Shown: in pieces, positions 25,127 to 34,340 of the stretch
Position numbering within the stretch: the stretch's first letter is position 1
Layout: every line of letters begins with the position of its first letter
Origin: a virus
Virus record (IMG/VR): IMGVR_UViG_3300027734_000039
Length of the DNA stretch: 64,000 bases
Reading direction: 5' to 3' (one strand)
Notes under the pieces: model-generated
Database searches by the model: none
What the model was told of the DNA's origin: nothing
The model's input: the letters and a program-made list of their open reading frames with translations, nothing else
Translations under genes and position numbers: made by a program

Positions 25127-25681
25127 TCATTGTGTAATCCATTCTGGTGGTTGGCGTTTTTTCCAATTATGCATCCTAGCTTTACCAATCTTATAATAAT
25201 TTCGGTAATTAGTCAAGGGGTCGTCTGAAATAATATATTCCTCTGCCATGCAAGAAGGCATGGGAGTCCAATCATACTCTTGAAGATTCTTAGGAGGAGA
25301 CTGCAGCATATAAGAAAGCTCGCCATTACACTTATGAACTTTTTCGTATCTGTGGATATACTCGTTCATAAGTGCAAAAAAATGTTCTACGAGCCAATTA
25401 TAGTTTTCAACAGAAGTTCGACACCAAACAGCCGAAGGATGATTGACATGAGTTGCCGAATACATTACTGAATCGCGAGCATCGGGAAGGATATATGCTT
25501 TTGTTTTACGAGTTTTGCCCGTTTCAAAATTTACTTTAACAGCATCAACAAGCTCGCCATCTAGAACACGGTGAGCGGTCGAGAGCAACTGTGCGCTCTC
25601 GAGAATCATTTTTACAACATGTTTATCGACCATCCATTCAGCAGCTTGAACAGGGTCATGACTGATGTAGAAGATATTCAT
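25127..25681 (-). CDS. Pyrimidine-dimer glycosylase (DenV-like) family protein
   Basis: MNIFY, DKHVVKMILESAQLLSTAH, HVNHPSAVW, YRNYY. Confidence 0.75.
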   Translation of the reverse strand: MNIFYISHDPVQAAEWMVDKHVVKMILESAQLLSTAHRVLDGELVDAVKVNFETGKTRKTKAYILPDARDSVMYSATHVNHPSAVWCRTSVENYNWLVEHFFALMNEYIHRYEKVHKCNGELSYMLQSPPKNLQEYDWTPMPSCMAEEYIISDDPLTNYRNYYKIGKARMHNWKKRQPPEWITQ

Positions 25682-26198
25682 AGGAACCTAGATCTACCTT
25701 TGTTTTGTTAACAGTTTTGACGCCTTTGCGCCATTTTTCCAAAGCACGATCTCGATGAACACGATTAGCTTTGTTATAAAAAACAATACCGTTTAGATGA
25801 TCTACTTGTTGTTGAAAGACACGAGCAGTCATACCAGTGAACTGTTTAGTAACAGTTTCGCCGTTCGGGTTTGTAAAACGAACACGAACATGTTGAGGTC
25901 TTTTTATTTTAACCGCTAACCCTATAAAAGTCAAGGAGGTTTCTTCAAGAGTAACTTCTTGTTCTGATGGTTGAATTACCTTGGGATTAAAGCATACGAA
26001 GTTTTCAGGAGACCCGCGCATAGCAAATACCCGATAAGGAAGTCCCAGTTGATTGGCAGCAAGGCCAATCCCGTTCCTATCATACATGAATTTAACCATT
26101 TCTTTGGCGAGTTCAATAGGGTCGCAAGGAGGATTGAGAAAGTCAAAATTTGGACATACGCTACTAAGAATTGGATCATTTGGTTTCACTAGTTCCAT
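25656..26198 (-). CDS. def: Peptide deformylase homolog with degenerate active site
   Basis: GIGLAANQLG intact; EGCLS replaced by ETSLT; QHExDH replaced by QQQVDH. Confidence 0.85.
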   Translation of the reverse strand: MELVKPNDPILSSVCPNFDFLNPPCDPIELAKEMVKFMYDRNGIGLAANQLGLPYRVFAMRGSPENFVCFNPKVIQPSEQEVTLEETSLTFIGLAVKIKRPQHVRVRFTNPNGETVTKQFTGMTARVFQQQVDHLNGIVFYNKANRVHRDRALEKWRKGVKTVNKTKVDLGSYEYLLHQS

Positions 26199-26364
26199 TT
26201 TCTTTTTCCTTTATACTAAAAGTTCCATTTTCATTATCGACCCAAAACAATTCTGTTCCCTCAGCCCACCCCATCTGAGAAAGAAGGTCAGGAGGAAAAG
26301 GAAGGAGAAGTTCTCCAGTTTCTAGATCTTGTTCTAATTGCACTGCCCAAGTATTTGCTACCAA
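26176..26364 (-). CDS. AbrB/MazE-like small protein
   Basis: GELLLPFPPDLLSQMGWAEGTEL. Confidence 0.65.
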   Translation of the reverse strand: MVANTWAVQLEQDLETGELLLPFPPDLLSQMGWAEGTELFWVDNENGTFSIKEKENGTSETK

Positions 26365-26507
26365 TGTCTTATAACTCCCGCTACGATAAAGAAGTTAGTT
26401 ATGATATAGCATAGGACAATCGCTGTTCTAATCAAAGCAACTCTGTCTGCTTCTTCATTAGTTTTACCATTTTTTTCACCGAGTGCTTTTGCCCAAAGAC
26501 GCCACAT
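26358..26507 (-). CDS. 49-aa membrane protein (not in ORF track)
   Basis: MWRLWAKALGEK...EADRVALIRT...NFFIVAGVIRHW; TAATG-coupled to g46; resembles a small protein seen in T4-like aquatic phages. Confidence 0.75.
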   Translation of the reverse strand: MWRLWAKALGEKNGKTNEEADRVALIRTAIVLCYIITNFFIVAGVIRHW

Positions 26508-28213
26508 TAAACAACTCTACTGAAATTTTTATGTTTCTCGAACTTGATTACTTTGTTAAACTTATCATAAAGCTGATCTGTCTTATGACTTATTATAAAC
26601 GTATTTGTATCTAAAGTCAAATTATTTAAAATCTTAAGGAACTCTTCTGTTCCATTAGCATCTAGAGAAGAGTCAAAGACTTCGTCCATAATGAGTAGAT
26701 TAGTACTAATTGAATTACGGAGTTTAGCAATAGCACGCCAAGTAAAAAGGATCGCAAGGTTAATACGCATCTTTTCCCCTTCCGAGAAGGAAGCGTAAGA
26801 AAACTCATCGCGGAATCTAGACTTAATTGTTTCGTTGAATTCCTCATCAAGCTCGAACTGGACAAAGAAATCCATAGCACTAAGATACTTATTAATGAGC
26901 TTATTGATAACAGGAACATACTGTTTAATAATCCTTGATTTGATACCGCCGTCTTTCAAAAGAGAAGAAGCTGCAGTAAGAACAACTCTATCTTCGTTCA
27001 ATTCATTATATTTTGTTTTGAGCTCATCTAGCTCTTTTTCAATATCACCAATCTTAGTATCATCTTCAACAAAAGACTTTTTGCTTATGTTTGTTATTTC
27101 ACTTTCAAGCGAATCGCGATATTCAATCAAAGAAGTAATCTTAGTTTTTACTCTATGAATTTCCATACGCTGATCGTTAATAGAAGTTTGAATATCTAAA
27201 ATTTCACTCAAACGAGAGTTAGCTTCTTCGTACTGCTTAATGAGTTCAGAAAGACCGTTTTCAATTTCATCAATTTCACCTTTTTTATTTGAAAGAGTTG
27301 TTTCTTTGAAATCTTCATTAATTTCTTGTTTACATGTTGGGCAGTTATCGTGCTTTTTGAAAAACTCAACATCATTTTCAATCAAAGCTTTCTTAGCTTC
27401 GATTTGATGCCTCAACTTTTGAAGAGTATTAACACGTTTCGAAGTAGCCTCTTCATCTTCAATAGATTCAACTAAACTCTTACGCTTATTTTCAAACTTC
27501 CAAAACTCTTCATTCAAATCGCTGATTTGTTTATTAGTGTCTTCAATACGGGACTTCTTATCAATAACGAGCTGGTCGTTATTGTTTTGCATCTCTTGAA
27601 GATGCTCTTTAATTAACTTGATTTTTTCTTCGGCAATTTTTCGGTTGTTTGTTGACTGAACGATATGCTCGTTGTTAATCATAATCTTTTCTTTTAACAA
27701 CGTATTCATAGTCGTAAAAATTTGAAGGTCCAAAAGGTCTTCAATAATTTCTCTTCTATTTGAAGTACTAAGTTGCATAAAAGGCATGAACGTGGCAGAG
27801 CCAAGAACAACTACTTGAGAAAACGATTTATGATTTACTTTAATAATTTGCTTTTCAAGAACTTCTTGATAGTCTTTCATTTCAGCAGATTGATTTAACA
27901 AGTCACCGTTTTGATAAACTTCAAAAACAGTTGGCTTCACACCACGAACGATTTTATAATTATTAGGTCCGATAGAAAATTCAACTTCTACAACAAGGTT
28001 CTTTTGAGTTATTGAGTTAAGGAGTTGTGGCTTATTGATCTTTCTAAACGCCTTACCGAAAAGAGCGAATGAAAGAGCATCAAGCATAGTTGATTTACCC
28101 GCACCGTTACCGCCAACGATGAGAGTGGTGTTATGCTCGTTTAGAACTATTTCTGTGAAAATATTACCTGTGGAAAGAAAGTTTTTCCAGCGTAGCTTTT
28201 TAAATAAAATCAA
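26507..28213 (-). CDS. gp46: Recombination ATPase gp46 (Rad50/SbcC-like)
   Basis: KNFLSTGN, GAGKST, CPTC hook, FSEGEK, DEVFDSSLD. Confidence 0.97.
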   Translation of the reverse strand: MILFKKLRWKNFLSTGNIFTEIVLNEHNTTLIVGGNGAGKSTMLDALSFALFGKAFRKINKPQLLNSITQKNLVVEVEFSIGPNNYKIVRGVKPTVFEVYQNGDLLNQSAEMKDYQEVLEKQIIKVNHKSFSQVVVLGSATFMPFMQLSTSNRREIIEDLLDLQIFTTMNTLLKEKIMINNEHIVQSTNNRKIAEEKIKLIKEHLQEMQNNNDQLVIDKKSRIEDTNKQISDLNEEFWKFENKRKSLVESIEDEEATSKRVNTLQKLRHQIEAKKALIENDVEFFKKHDNCPTCKQEINEDFKETTLSNKKGEIDEIENGLSELIKQYEEANSRLSEILDIQTSINDQRMEIHRVKTKITSLIEYRDSLESEITNISKKSFVEDDTKIGDIEKELDELKTKYNELNEDRVVLTAASSLLKDGGIKSRIIKQYVPVINKLINKYLSAMDFFVQFELDEEFNETIKSRFRDEFSYASFSEGEKMRINLAILFTWRAIAKLRNSISTNLLIMDEVFDSSLDANGTEEFLKILNNLTLDTNTFIISHKTDQLYDKFNKVIKFEKHKNFSRVV

Positions 28214-28215
28214 AG

Positions 28216-28479
28216 TTATTCACCTGTCAATTCTATGATGTCGATTCTTTTAACCCCAATTAATTCTACATCAGCATATGTTTCAATCCAAAGTTTAGCA
28301 CCACAGGGTCTTGGTTTCTCTGGTCTGTAAATCATATGCGATGGACCATTAATTTGAACTTCCATACAATACTTAACCTTACCATCTTTTTCAACACGAC
28401 ACACTGGTTCATCTTTACCATGTTTTGCGTTTTGCTGAATGATGTTACGATTGATATGTATGATAGTTGGTTTAGTCAA
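28216..28479 (-). CDS. Hypothetical protein
   Basis: IHINRNII...PRPCGAKLWIET. Confidence 0.65.
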   Translation of the reverse strand: MTKPTIIHINRNIIQQNAKHGKDEPVCRVEKDGKVKYCMEVQINGPSHMIYRPEKPRPCGAKLWIETYADVELIGVKRIDIIELTGE

Positions 28480-29536
28480 CGGTCAAAGCCTCGTTATAAA
28501 TCTCAACGATTTTCTTTTCAAGTTTAACCTTATTAACGGTCTTTTCATCAAACCCATTAATATACTTTTTGAAAATATCAATGGTCGATTCCGCTTCATT
28601 AACGATATCAGAATCTTCTTCAAGATTAAGATTCAAATGATCTTCTACGATTTGAATATCAACTGGGTTTTCTGATTCGATATTTTCAATAAATTTATCG
28701 AACCAAAATACGTTACTCTTTTCCTGAACGATAACTTTCAATAGCGTTCCCTTAAACTGAGAGTAATCTATTTCCATATTCAAGAAGTCATCGCTAGAAT
28801 CGTTATACCAAACTTTCTTGAACATCTTATAAGGATTTTCAATGAAGGTTAGTTCCCTCGTTTCCGTATCCAAGATATGAAAGCCTCTGGGATCGTCATA
28901 ATCAGACCAAGTAAACTCACCATGGCTACCCAAATAAAAGATAGTACCATCGCTGGAACGGTGATGATAATGCCCACTAAGAACCATATCGAAACGATCA
29001 AAAGTAGACCGATCGTCACCATGTGATACAATAGATCCTCTATACATTTCGAAACCTTGGATCTCAAGATGACCTGCAGCAATCGACGTGCCGCTGCTCC
29101 TGATTCGCTCGATGCTCTCTTTTCTGTTTTCATCACATATCCATGGAATTAGTGTTATAGGAAGGTTATCAAATTTTACAACTTCTGGAGCCTTATCAAA
29201 AATTTTCATATAAGGATACATAGCAACGAGTTCTCTCAATGAGTTTACTTCATTGGTGTTCTTATAATAAGTATCATGGTTTCCAGCGACCATGTATACG
29301 TCGAGAGACTTTGCTGTGAGTGGTTCGAGAAAATTTTCTCTTAAACGCCGAGCAGTATGTATATTGATATATTTACGACGATCCACAAGATCGCCAAGAT
29401 GAAGAACAGTATCAATACCATTTTTCTCAATATACGGAAAAAAGATCGTGTCCAAAAACTTCTTAGAATTGTCCAAGAACGCAATGTTGTCATTACGAAC
29501 CCCCCAATGTGTATCAGTTATGATAGCAATTTTCAT
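28472..29536 (-). CDS. gp47: Recombination nuclease gp47 (Mre11/SbcD-like)
   Basis: TDTHWG, LGDLVDRRK, GNHD, GHLE, SGHYH. Confidence 0.96.
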   Translation of the reverse strand: MKIAIITDTHWGVRNDNIAFLDNSKKFLDTIFFPYIEKNGIDTVLHLGDLVDRRKYINIHTARRLRENFLEPLTAKSLDVYMVAGNHDTYYKNTNEVNSLRELVAMYPYMKIFDKAPEVVKFDNLPITLIPWICDENRKESIERIRSSGTSIAAGHLEIQGFEMYRGSIVSHGDDRSTFDRFDMVLSGHYHHRSSDGTIFYLGSHGEFTWSDYDDPRGFHILDTETRELTFIENPYKMFKKVWYNDSSDDFLNMEIDYSQFKGTLLKVIVQEKSNVFWFDKFIENIESENPVDIQIVEDHLNLNLEEDSDIVNEAESTIDIFKKYINGFDEKTVNKVKLEKKIVEIYNEALTVD

Positions 29537-29724
29537 CGAAAATTGTTTTTCTTTCTAGTGGAAGGAAATACGACTGGCTTGGTCTTTAGAGCTTGATCTA
29601 CGTAATCTCTAATCGTTTCCAAACGAAGCTGATAGCTCATACGCTCATTTTCCCTAAGATTAGGTTGTCGGTATTTTTCAACCAAATCAATTATATTGAC
29701 TGGTAATAGATGTTCATTCTTCAT
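29533..29724 (-). CDS. Hypothetical protein
   Basis: Probable start MKNEH after GGAG. Confidence 0.6.
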   Translation of the reverse strand: MKNEHLLPVNIIDLVEKYRQPNLRENERMSYQLRLETIRDYVDQALKTKPVVFPSTRKKNNFR

Positions 29725-30261
29725 TGTTACTCTCCGAGAATTTTTCAACTCCACTTAGTTTACTACTTTTTTTAGGTTTAGTCAACTTATTTTCATAGCT
29801 GCGAACAACTTCCGAAGAATACTCGTTAGCCTTAAGATGCATATTTTCCGAATCGCTCCAAAGTTCATTCATAAGAAAGCTGTTTTCGAAATTCTTATGC
29901 TTGATATATGTTTGTTTCTTTTCTTTTTGAATACGTCTAATAAAAGCGTTCCAAGCGATCTGAGTAAAGTAAGCAAAGGATTATTGGTTTTATCAGGATC
30001 AAAGTTATCTACGGCTGCAATACAGTCGATAATACCGTCAGATATCATATCCTGCTTATATGTATAGCCAGAGAAATTAGGCTTCTTTGCCAAATTATTA
30101 CAAATCAAAAGAATAGATTGCCCGATGTAATTCGAAACTTGTGGCTTCGGTCTATCGTTTTTCAACGCTTCATTTAATTTCGTTTTATACTCGATCATTG
30201 AAGTATAAAGCGTTTTATTGTTGATATAATTTTTTGGCTTGCGTGGCTTTGATTCTGACAT
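29714..30261 (-). CDS. gp55: Late sigma factor gp55, interrupted by a 1-nt frameshift at about 29975-29977
   Basis: NYINNK, KPNFSGYTYKQDMISDG, NFDP; adding one T restores NPFAYFTQIAWNAFIRRIQKEKKQ and runs to TGA at 29714. Confidence 0.9.
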
Positions 30262-30313
30262 TTTTTCCCTTTACTTTTTTCTAGAGCACATTATAATCAC
30301 GTTGTGGTTTTGA

Positions 30314-31765
30314 TCAAACATTTAAAGAGACTTTATAGAGCTTGTATGGAAACTTCTCTTCATTGTACATCTTAATACGCTCCATGAAGTGGAGCAATGT
30401 AAAGTTCTTCTTTTGTTTCCAACTCATGTCATCTGCAATGTCATATAACGTAGCGCTATCCTTAGTGTCTGATTTACGTAGTCCGCGACCAATTGACTGT
30501 AAATTTCTAACTTTGGACTTTGAAGGACTTGAAAATATAACGTTATGCAAATTACGAATGTTAACACCTGTGGAGAAAGTTCCGAAAGAAGCAACGATAA
30601 TTGCGTTCGATTCTGTTTCAACAATTTTACGAATTGCTTCACGTTCTTCTCCGTCGACTGAACCAGCAACATAATAAACATTACGATCTCCAGCTTCTTG
30701 TTTCAATTTATCATAAAGCACCTTTCCATGTTTATCGACAAACTGGAAAAGGAGCAAAGTATTACCTTCTAGGGATAATGTTAAATTTCTTATGAATTTA
30801 TTTCTTTCTTCAAGCCGAACGATATAATCCATTTCAGCTTGGTAATCAGCAGCACGTGCAATCATTTTACGAACTTCGTCGGGATATGAAAGAACGATGC
30901 ATTTAATTTTAAATGAAGCTAGATGTTTTTGCTCGATTAGCTCGGCAGTTGTAGTTACTTTTCTAACTGGTCCAAAAAGTCCTTCAAGTACCAGTTTGTG
31001 AGTTTGGGTGCCATCCAAGGTTCCAGTAAACCCAAAACGATACTTACAATTATCCAGCTTAGTAAGAATAGAAGTTAGTGACTTAGCTTTGAAAAGATGC
31101 GCTTCATCGCCTATGACCAAGTCAAATTGGTCGAAATACGTTTTATCCAATTTATAAATCGACTGCCATGTGCTGATTGTAACTTGCTTATCTGATTGTT
31201 TATCTTGACCTGCAAAGATACGGTGTACTCCATTATCAACATTAAAACCGTAATCACCAAAGTCAGAGGCAAGTTGACTAACCAGAGAAGTAGTTGGCAC
31301 AATAATAAGAGTACGGGCATTATAGTATCTCGTAATTAGATAGATGATAAACGATTTACCAGAAGCTGTTGGGGATAGTAATAATGCTCTACGCTCTCTA
31401 ACTGCATGAACAAAAGCCTCAAGCTGGTAATCTCGAGGTTGCATAGTTGGCTTTAATTTTAAAACGAATTCTTTTGCTTCTTTTACTGAAAACTCAGTTG
31501 CTGAAAAATCCGTAATATATTCTACTTCATAGTTTCTAGATTTACAAAACTCTTCGACATATCTATTTAACCCGCTATAGAGAGTGCAGGTCATAGCGTT
31601 GAATAGACGAATCTTACCGTCCCAAAACTTGTTACGGTAAGCTGGCATAAACTTAGCGCCTGGAACATCAAACGTGAAGTAATCGTTTAGTTCGTAAGCA
31701 ACGCTTGGTTCGCAATGTATTTTGTTATAAACTTCGTCAAGTTTTTCAATTTGAATTTTATCCAT
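30314..31765 (-). CDS. uvsW: UvsW helicase
   Basis: WDGKIRLF, SPTASGKS, GDEAH, LQSIGRGLR. Confidence 0.96.
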   Translation of the reverse strand: MDKIQIEKLDEVYNKIHCEPSVAYELNDYFTFDVPGAKFMPAYRNKFWDGKIRLFNAMTCTLYSGLNRYVEEFCKSRNYEVEYITDFSATEFSVKEAKEFVLKLKPTMQPRDYQLEAFVHAVRERRALLLSPTASGKSFIIYLITRYYNARTLIIVPTTSLVSQLASDFGDYGFNVDNGVHRIFAGQDKQSDKQVTISTWQSIYKLDKTYFDQFDLVIGDEAHLFKAKSLTSILTKLDNCKYRFGFTGTLDGTQTHKLVLEGLFGPVRKVTTTAELIEQKHLASFKIKCIVLSYPDEVRKMIARAADYQAEMDYIVRLEERNKFIRNLTLSLEGNTLLLFQFVDKHGKVLYDKLKQEAGDRNVYYVAGSVDGEEREAIRKIVETESNAIIVASFGTFSTGVNIRNLHNVIFSSPSKSKVRNLQSIGRGLRKSDTKDSATLYDIADDMSWKQKKNFTLLHFMERIKMYNEEKFPYKLYKVSLNV

Positions 31766-32199
31766 TATGCCCCATTAGTAAATCTAAACCAATCGATAGC
31801 AGCTTTAATGTTATAACCTCTGTTATTTAAAGACTTAATGATTGATTCTAAAAATTCAACTTTCTCTTGAGCCAAACCAATTTTAAGAGAAAGCTTTATG
31901 ATGTCTTTATCAGCTTCCATATACAATGGCATATCAGCTTTAAGAATAAGACCTTTAGCTGGAAGCTCCCATCCTCTTTCGCGACTTTCTTCGTTCGGAC
32001 CTTGTGTATAGAACTCGTGCTTATCGAGCTTTAGTTGCTTCATTTCAGCTTCTAAAGAACGAAGAGCAAGACGCTCTACTACGAACATCTGATAGTATTT
32101 GCTATGAAGTTTTGCTATCTTAATCGCTTCGTCGCCGAGCTCGGTACGATCGATATCACAGTCTTCTTTCCACAAATCGAAAATATCTTCAATCTTCAT
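31765..32199 (-). CDS. uvsY: Recombination mediator UvsY
   Basis: W..DC.ID, KLHSKY, RGYNIKAAIDWFRF; synteny. Confidence 0.9.
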   Translation of the reverse strand: MKIEDIFDLWKEDCDIDRTELGDEAIKIAKLHSKYYQMFVVERLALRSLEAEMKQLKLDKHEFYTQGPNEESRERGWELPAKGLILKADMPLYMEADKDIIKLSLKIGLAQEKVEFLESIIKSLNNRGYNIKAAIDWFRFTNGA

Positions 32200-32256
32200 A
32201 ATAGTTCTCTCACATGTTAATAATATATAATACTATAGATTTTGAAAGAAGTAAAG

Positions 32257-32790
32257 TTAAATCTTTGTTATATCATAATAAACGTAGCGGAAAGTTGCTG
32301 AAGCGGTTACGTAATTAACGTCCGAATCTGTTGTATTGAAACTCAATCCAGATAAACTTACAGGAAAAGCGTCTGTATACGTAATATCGTAATTAGGAGT
32401 TTTTGTGCTTGCTAAAACAAGTAGCGAAATATCAGAAACGATACCGTCGCCTGTCCATGTAGGAATATCTTGAATATTTTTATATTGTTCAAAATCTTGT
32501 GGTTTACCGAGAGATTTTAACCAATTATGAATTTCAAGATAGTTTTCTAAATTTTCATCTACCTTAAATTCTATATTGAGAATACCGTAATTAATATGTT
32601 CACCAGAATATGGAATCGTAACAAACGGGTTTGTCGATTCGGGAGCTCTAATGCTTATCTCTGGTATATTAACTTTCTGAATAAAAAAGTTAACATGCGG
32701 TGCTTTCTTAATCTGAAAACGAAAGTTCAGAGGCGAAAGAAAGTTTTTATTTTCAGGTGTAGAATCTAAAGCAGTCATGAAATCCTCCAT
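32257..32790 (-). CDS. gp3: Tail completion / sheath stabiliser gp3
   Basis: NFLSPLNF, VDENLENY, AFPVSLSG. Confidence 0.88.
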   Translation of the reverse strand: MEDFMTALDSTPENKNFLSPLNFRFQIKKAPHVNFFIQKVNIPEISIRAPESTNPFVTIPYSGEHINYGILNIEFKVDENLENYLEIHNWLKSLGKPQDFEQYKNIQDIPTWTGDGIVSDISLLVLASTKTPNYDITYTDAFPVSLSGLSFNTTDSDVNYVTASATFRYVYYDITKI

Positions 32791-32796
32791 TGCTAC

Positions 32797-32804
32797 TATT
32801 TATA
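32797..32804 (-). promoter_or_regulatory. Late promoter for g3
   Basis: TATAAATA. Confidence 0.75.
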
Positions 32805-32805
32805 T

Positions 32806-32833
32806 AAAAAAAAGAGGGAGTCGAAGCCCCCTC
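32806..32833 (-). terminator. Terminator after g23
   Basis: GAGGGGGC-TTCG-ACTCCCTC hairpin plus 8 T. Confidence 0.8.
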
Positions 32834-32887
32834 AATTTGCGGTTTGAACCCGTCTTTTTCTTCCCTCCCACGTGGAGGGTTGTAATC

Positions 32888-34291
32888 TTACATGAGGTTG
32901 TTAACGATCACGCGACGATAGTACTTGTTGGTGCTGACGATGTTTGCACGTCCAGAACCCTTAGTAGTACCTTCGGCGAATGGGTTTGCAACCATGCCGT
33001 AACGAGTCTTAAAGCCGATCTTTGGCTGGAAGGTAGCCTGATCAACTGCACGAACCATCTGAAGTGGAACGTATGGGCAATAGAAGAGACCAGCGTCGAA
33101 TGCTGACGAACCCTTATAGCCTACAGTTAAGTAGTTACCGCCGAGAGCGTATGGATCGATATAAACCTTGAGGCGACCATTGAGAACACCAGCGAAAGTG
33201 TTACCAGTATCGTCAACCTGAAGGTTGTTTGAGTTAAGAGCAGGAGCGTAGTCAAGAACACCAGCCATCTGAAGTGCGGAAGCAACGTCCGAAGAACAGA
33301 TAACGATGTTACCCTTACCACGACGAGTCTGCTTGGCAATCTGGTTAGCTTCGCGTTCTAACTGGAACATAAGACCCTTGAACTTTTCAACTGACCAACG
33401 ACCGTTTGAGTCAGTGTCAAGGTCGAATACACCAGCAGTAGTTGTATTGTCCTGAGCACCAGCTTCAGCAGTGATGTTGATAGTACGAACAACTTCACGG
33501 TTGATTTCTGCAAGGATTTCAGCTGAAAGAATGTTAGCAAGTTCTGTCTCAGCGTCAAGACCGTGAATAGCCTTAAGATCCTGAGCGAGTTCCATAGTGT
33601 ACTCAGCCTTGAGTGCACGAGTGTTAGCAGTTACAGTAACCTTCTCGATTGTGAAAGCCATCTGTGGGAATGCATTAGCGGAGTCACCACCAAGACCTTC
33701 AGCCGAAGTAGTCGACATAGCCTTACCAGTGTTATAGTAACCGTATGCAGTGTTGCTTGCTGCTAATGGCGAAGTGTTCGAAGCACCTGGGATAGTACCA
33801 GTGAATGCATTAACAGTAGTGTTACCAACACCGAATGCAGCGTTAGCTGTAGTGTTGTTACCAGTTACTGTCGAGAATGCAGTGTTAACTTCGTTGTAAA
33901 ATGTTTCGTCACCAGTCTGGTTAGCATAGCGCGAACGCATTGCGAAAATGAGACCAGTTGGGCCAGTCATTGGCTGAACGCCGCAGATGTCATAAGCAAT
34001 GAGGTTAGGCATTGCACGACGTACGAGCGAGATCAATACTGGATCGAACGTGTCGATACCACCAGCGCCAGCAGTTGAACTTGATGAACCCATGAAGTTA
34101 ACTGGAGTGCTTGATGTAGTTTCTGTAAGAGTCTGATACTGACCGTGAGCAGCAGATTCTGAGAGAGCCTTTTCAGTGTTCTCAAGCATAACTGCAGTTA
34201 CGGAACGGCGGTGCTGATCCTTGATAACGCCAAGAGCGTCATGGTCGAGAACAGGTGCCCACTTGTTTTGAATTTCCTCAGCTAGATACAT
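32888..34291 (-). CDS. gp23: Major capsid protein gp23
   Basis: KWAPVLDH, DICGVQPMTGPTGLIFAMR, ELAQDLKAIHGLDAE, FQPKIGFKTRYG. Confidence 0.98.
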   Translation of the reverse strand: MYLAEEIQNKWAPVLDHDALGVIKDQHRRSVTAVMLENTEKALSESAAHGQYQTLTETTSSTPVNFMGSSSSTAGAGGIDTFDPVLISLVRRAMPNLIAYDICGVQPMTGPTGLIFAMRSRYANQTGDETFYNEVNTAFSTVTGNNTTANAAFGVGNTTVNAFTGTIPGASNTSPLAASNTAYGYYNTGKAMSTTSAEGLGGDSANAFPQMAFTIEKVTVTANTRALKAEYTMELAQDLKAIHGLDAETELANILSAEILAEINREVVRTINITAEAGAQDNTTTAGVFDLDTDSNGRWSVEKFKGLMFQLEREANQIAKQTRRGKGNIVICSSDVASALQMAGVLDYAPALNSNNLQVDDTGNTFAGVLNGRLKVYIDPYALGGNYLTVGYKGSSAFDAGLFYCPYVPLQMVRAVDQATFQPKIGFKTRYGMVANPFAEGTTKGSGRANIVSTNKYYRRVIVNNLM

Positions 34292-34327
34292 TTGTAGTCC
34301 TTTCGGTTTTGTATTAAGGTTTCAATT

Positions 34328-34335
34328 TATTTATA
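34328..34335 (-). promoter_or_regulatory. Late promoter for g23
   Basis: TATAAATA. Confidence 0.8.
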
Positions 34336-34340
34336 AAAAA

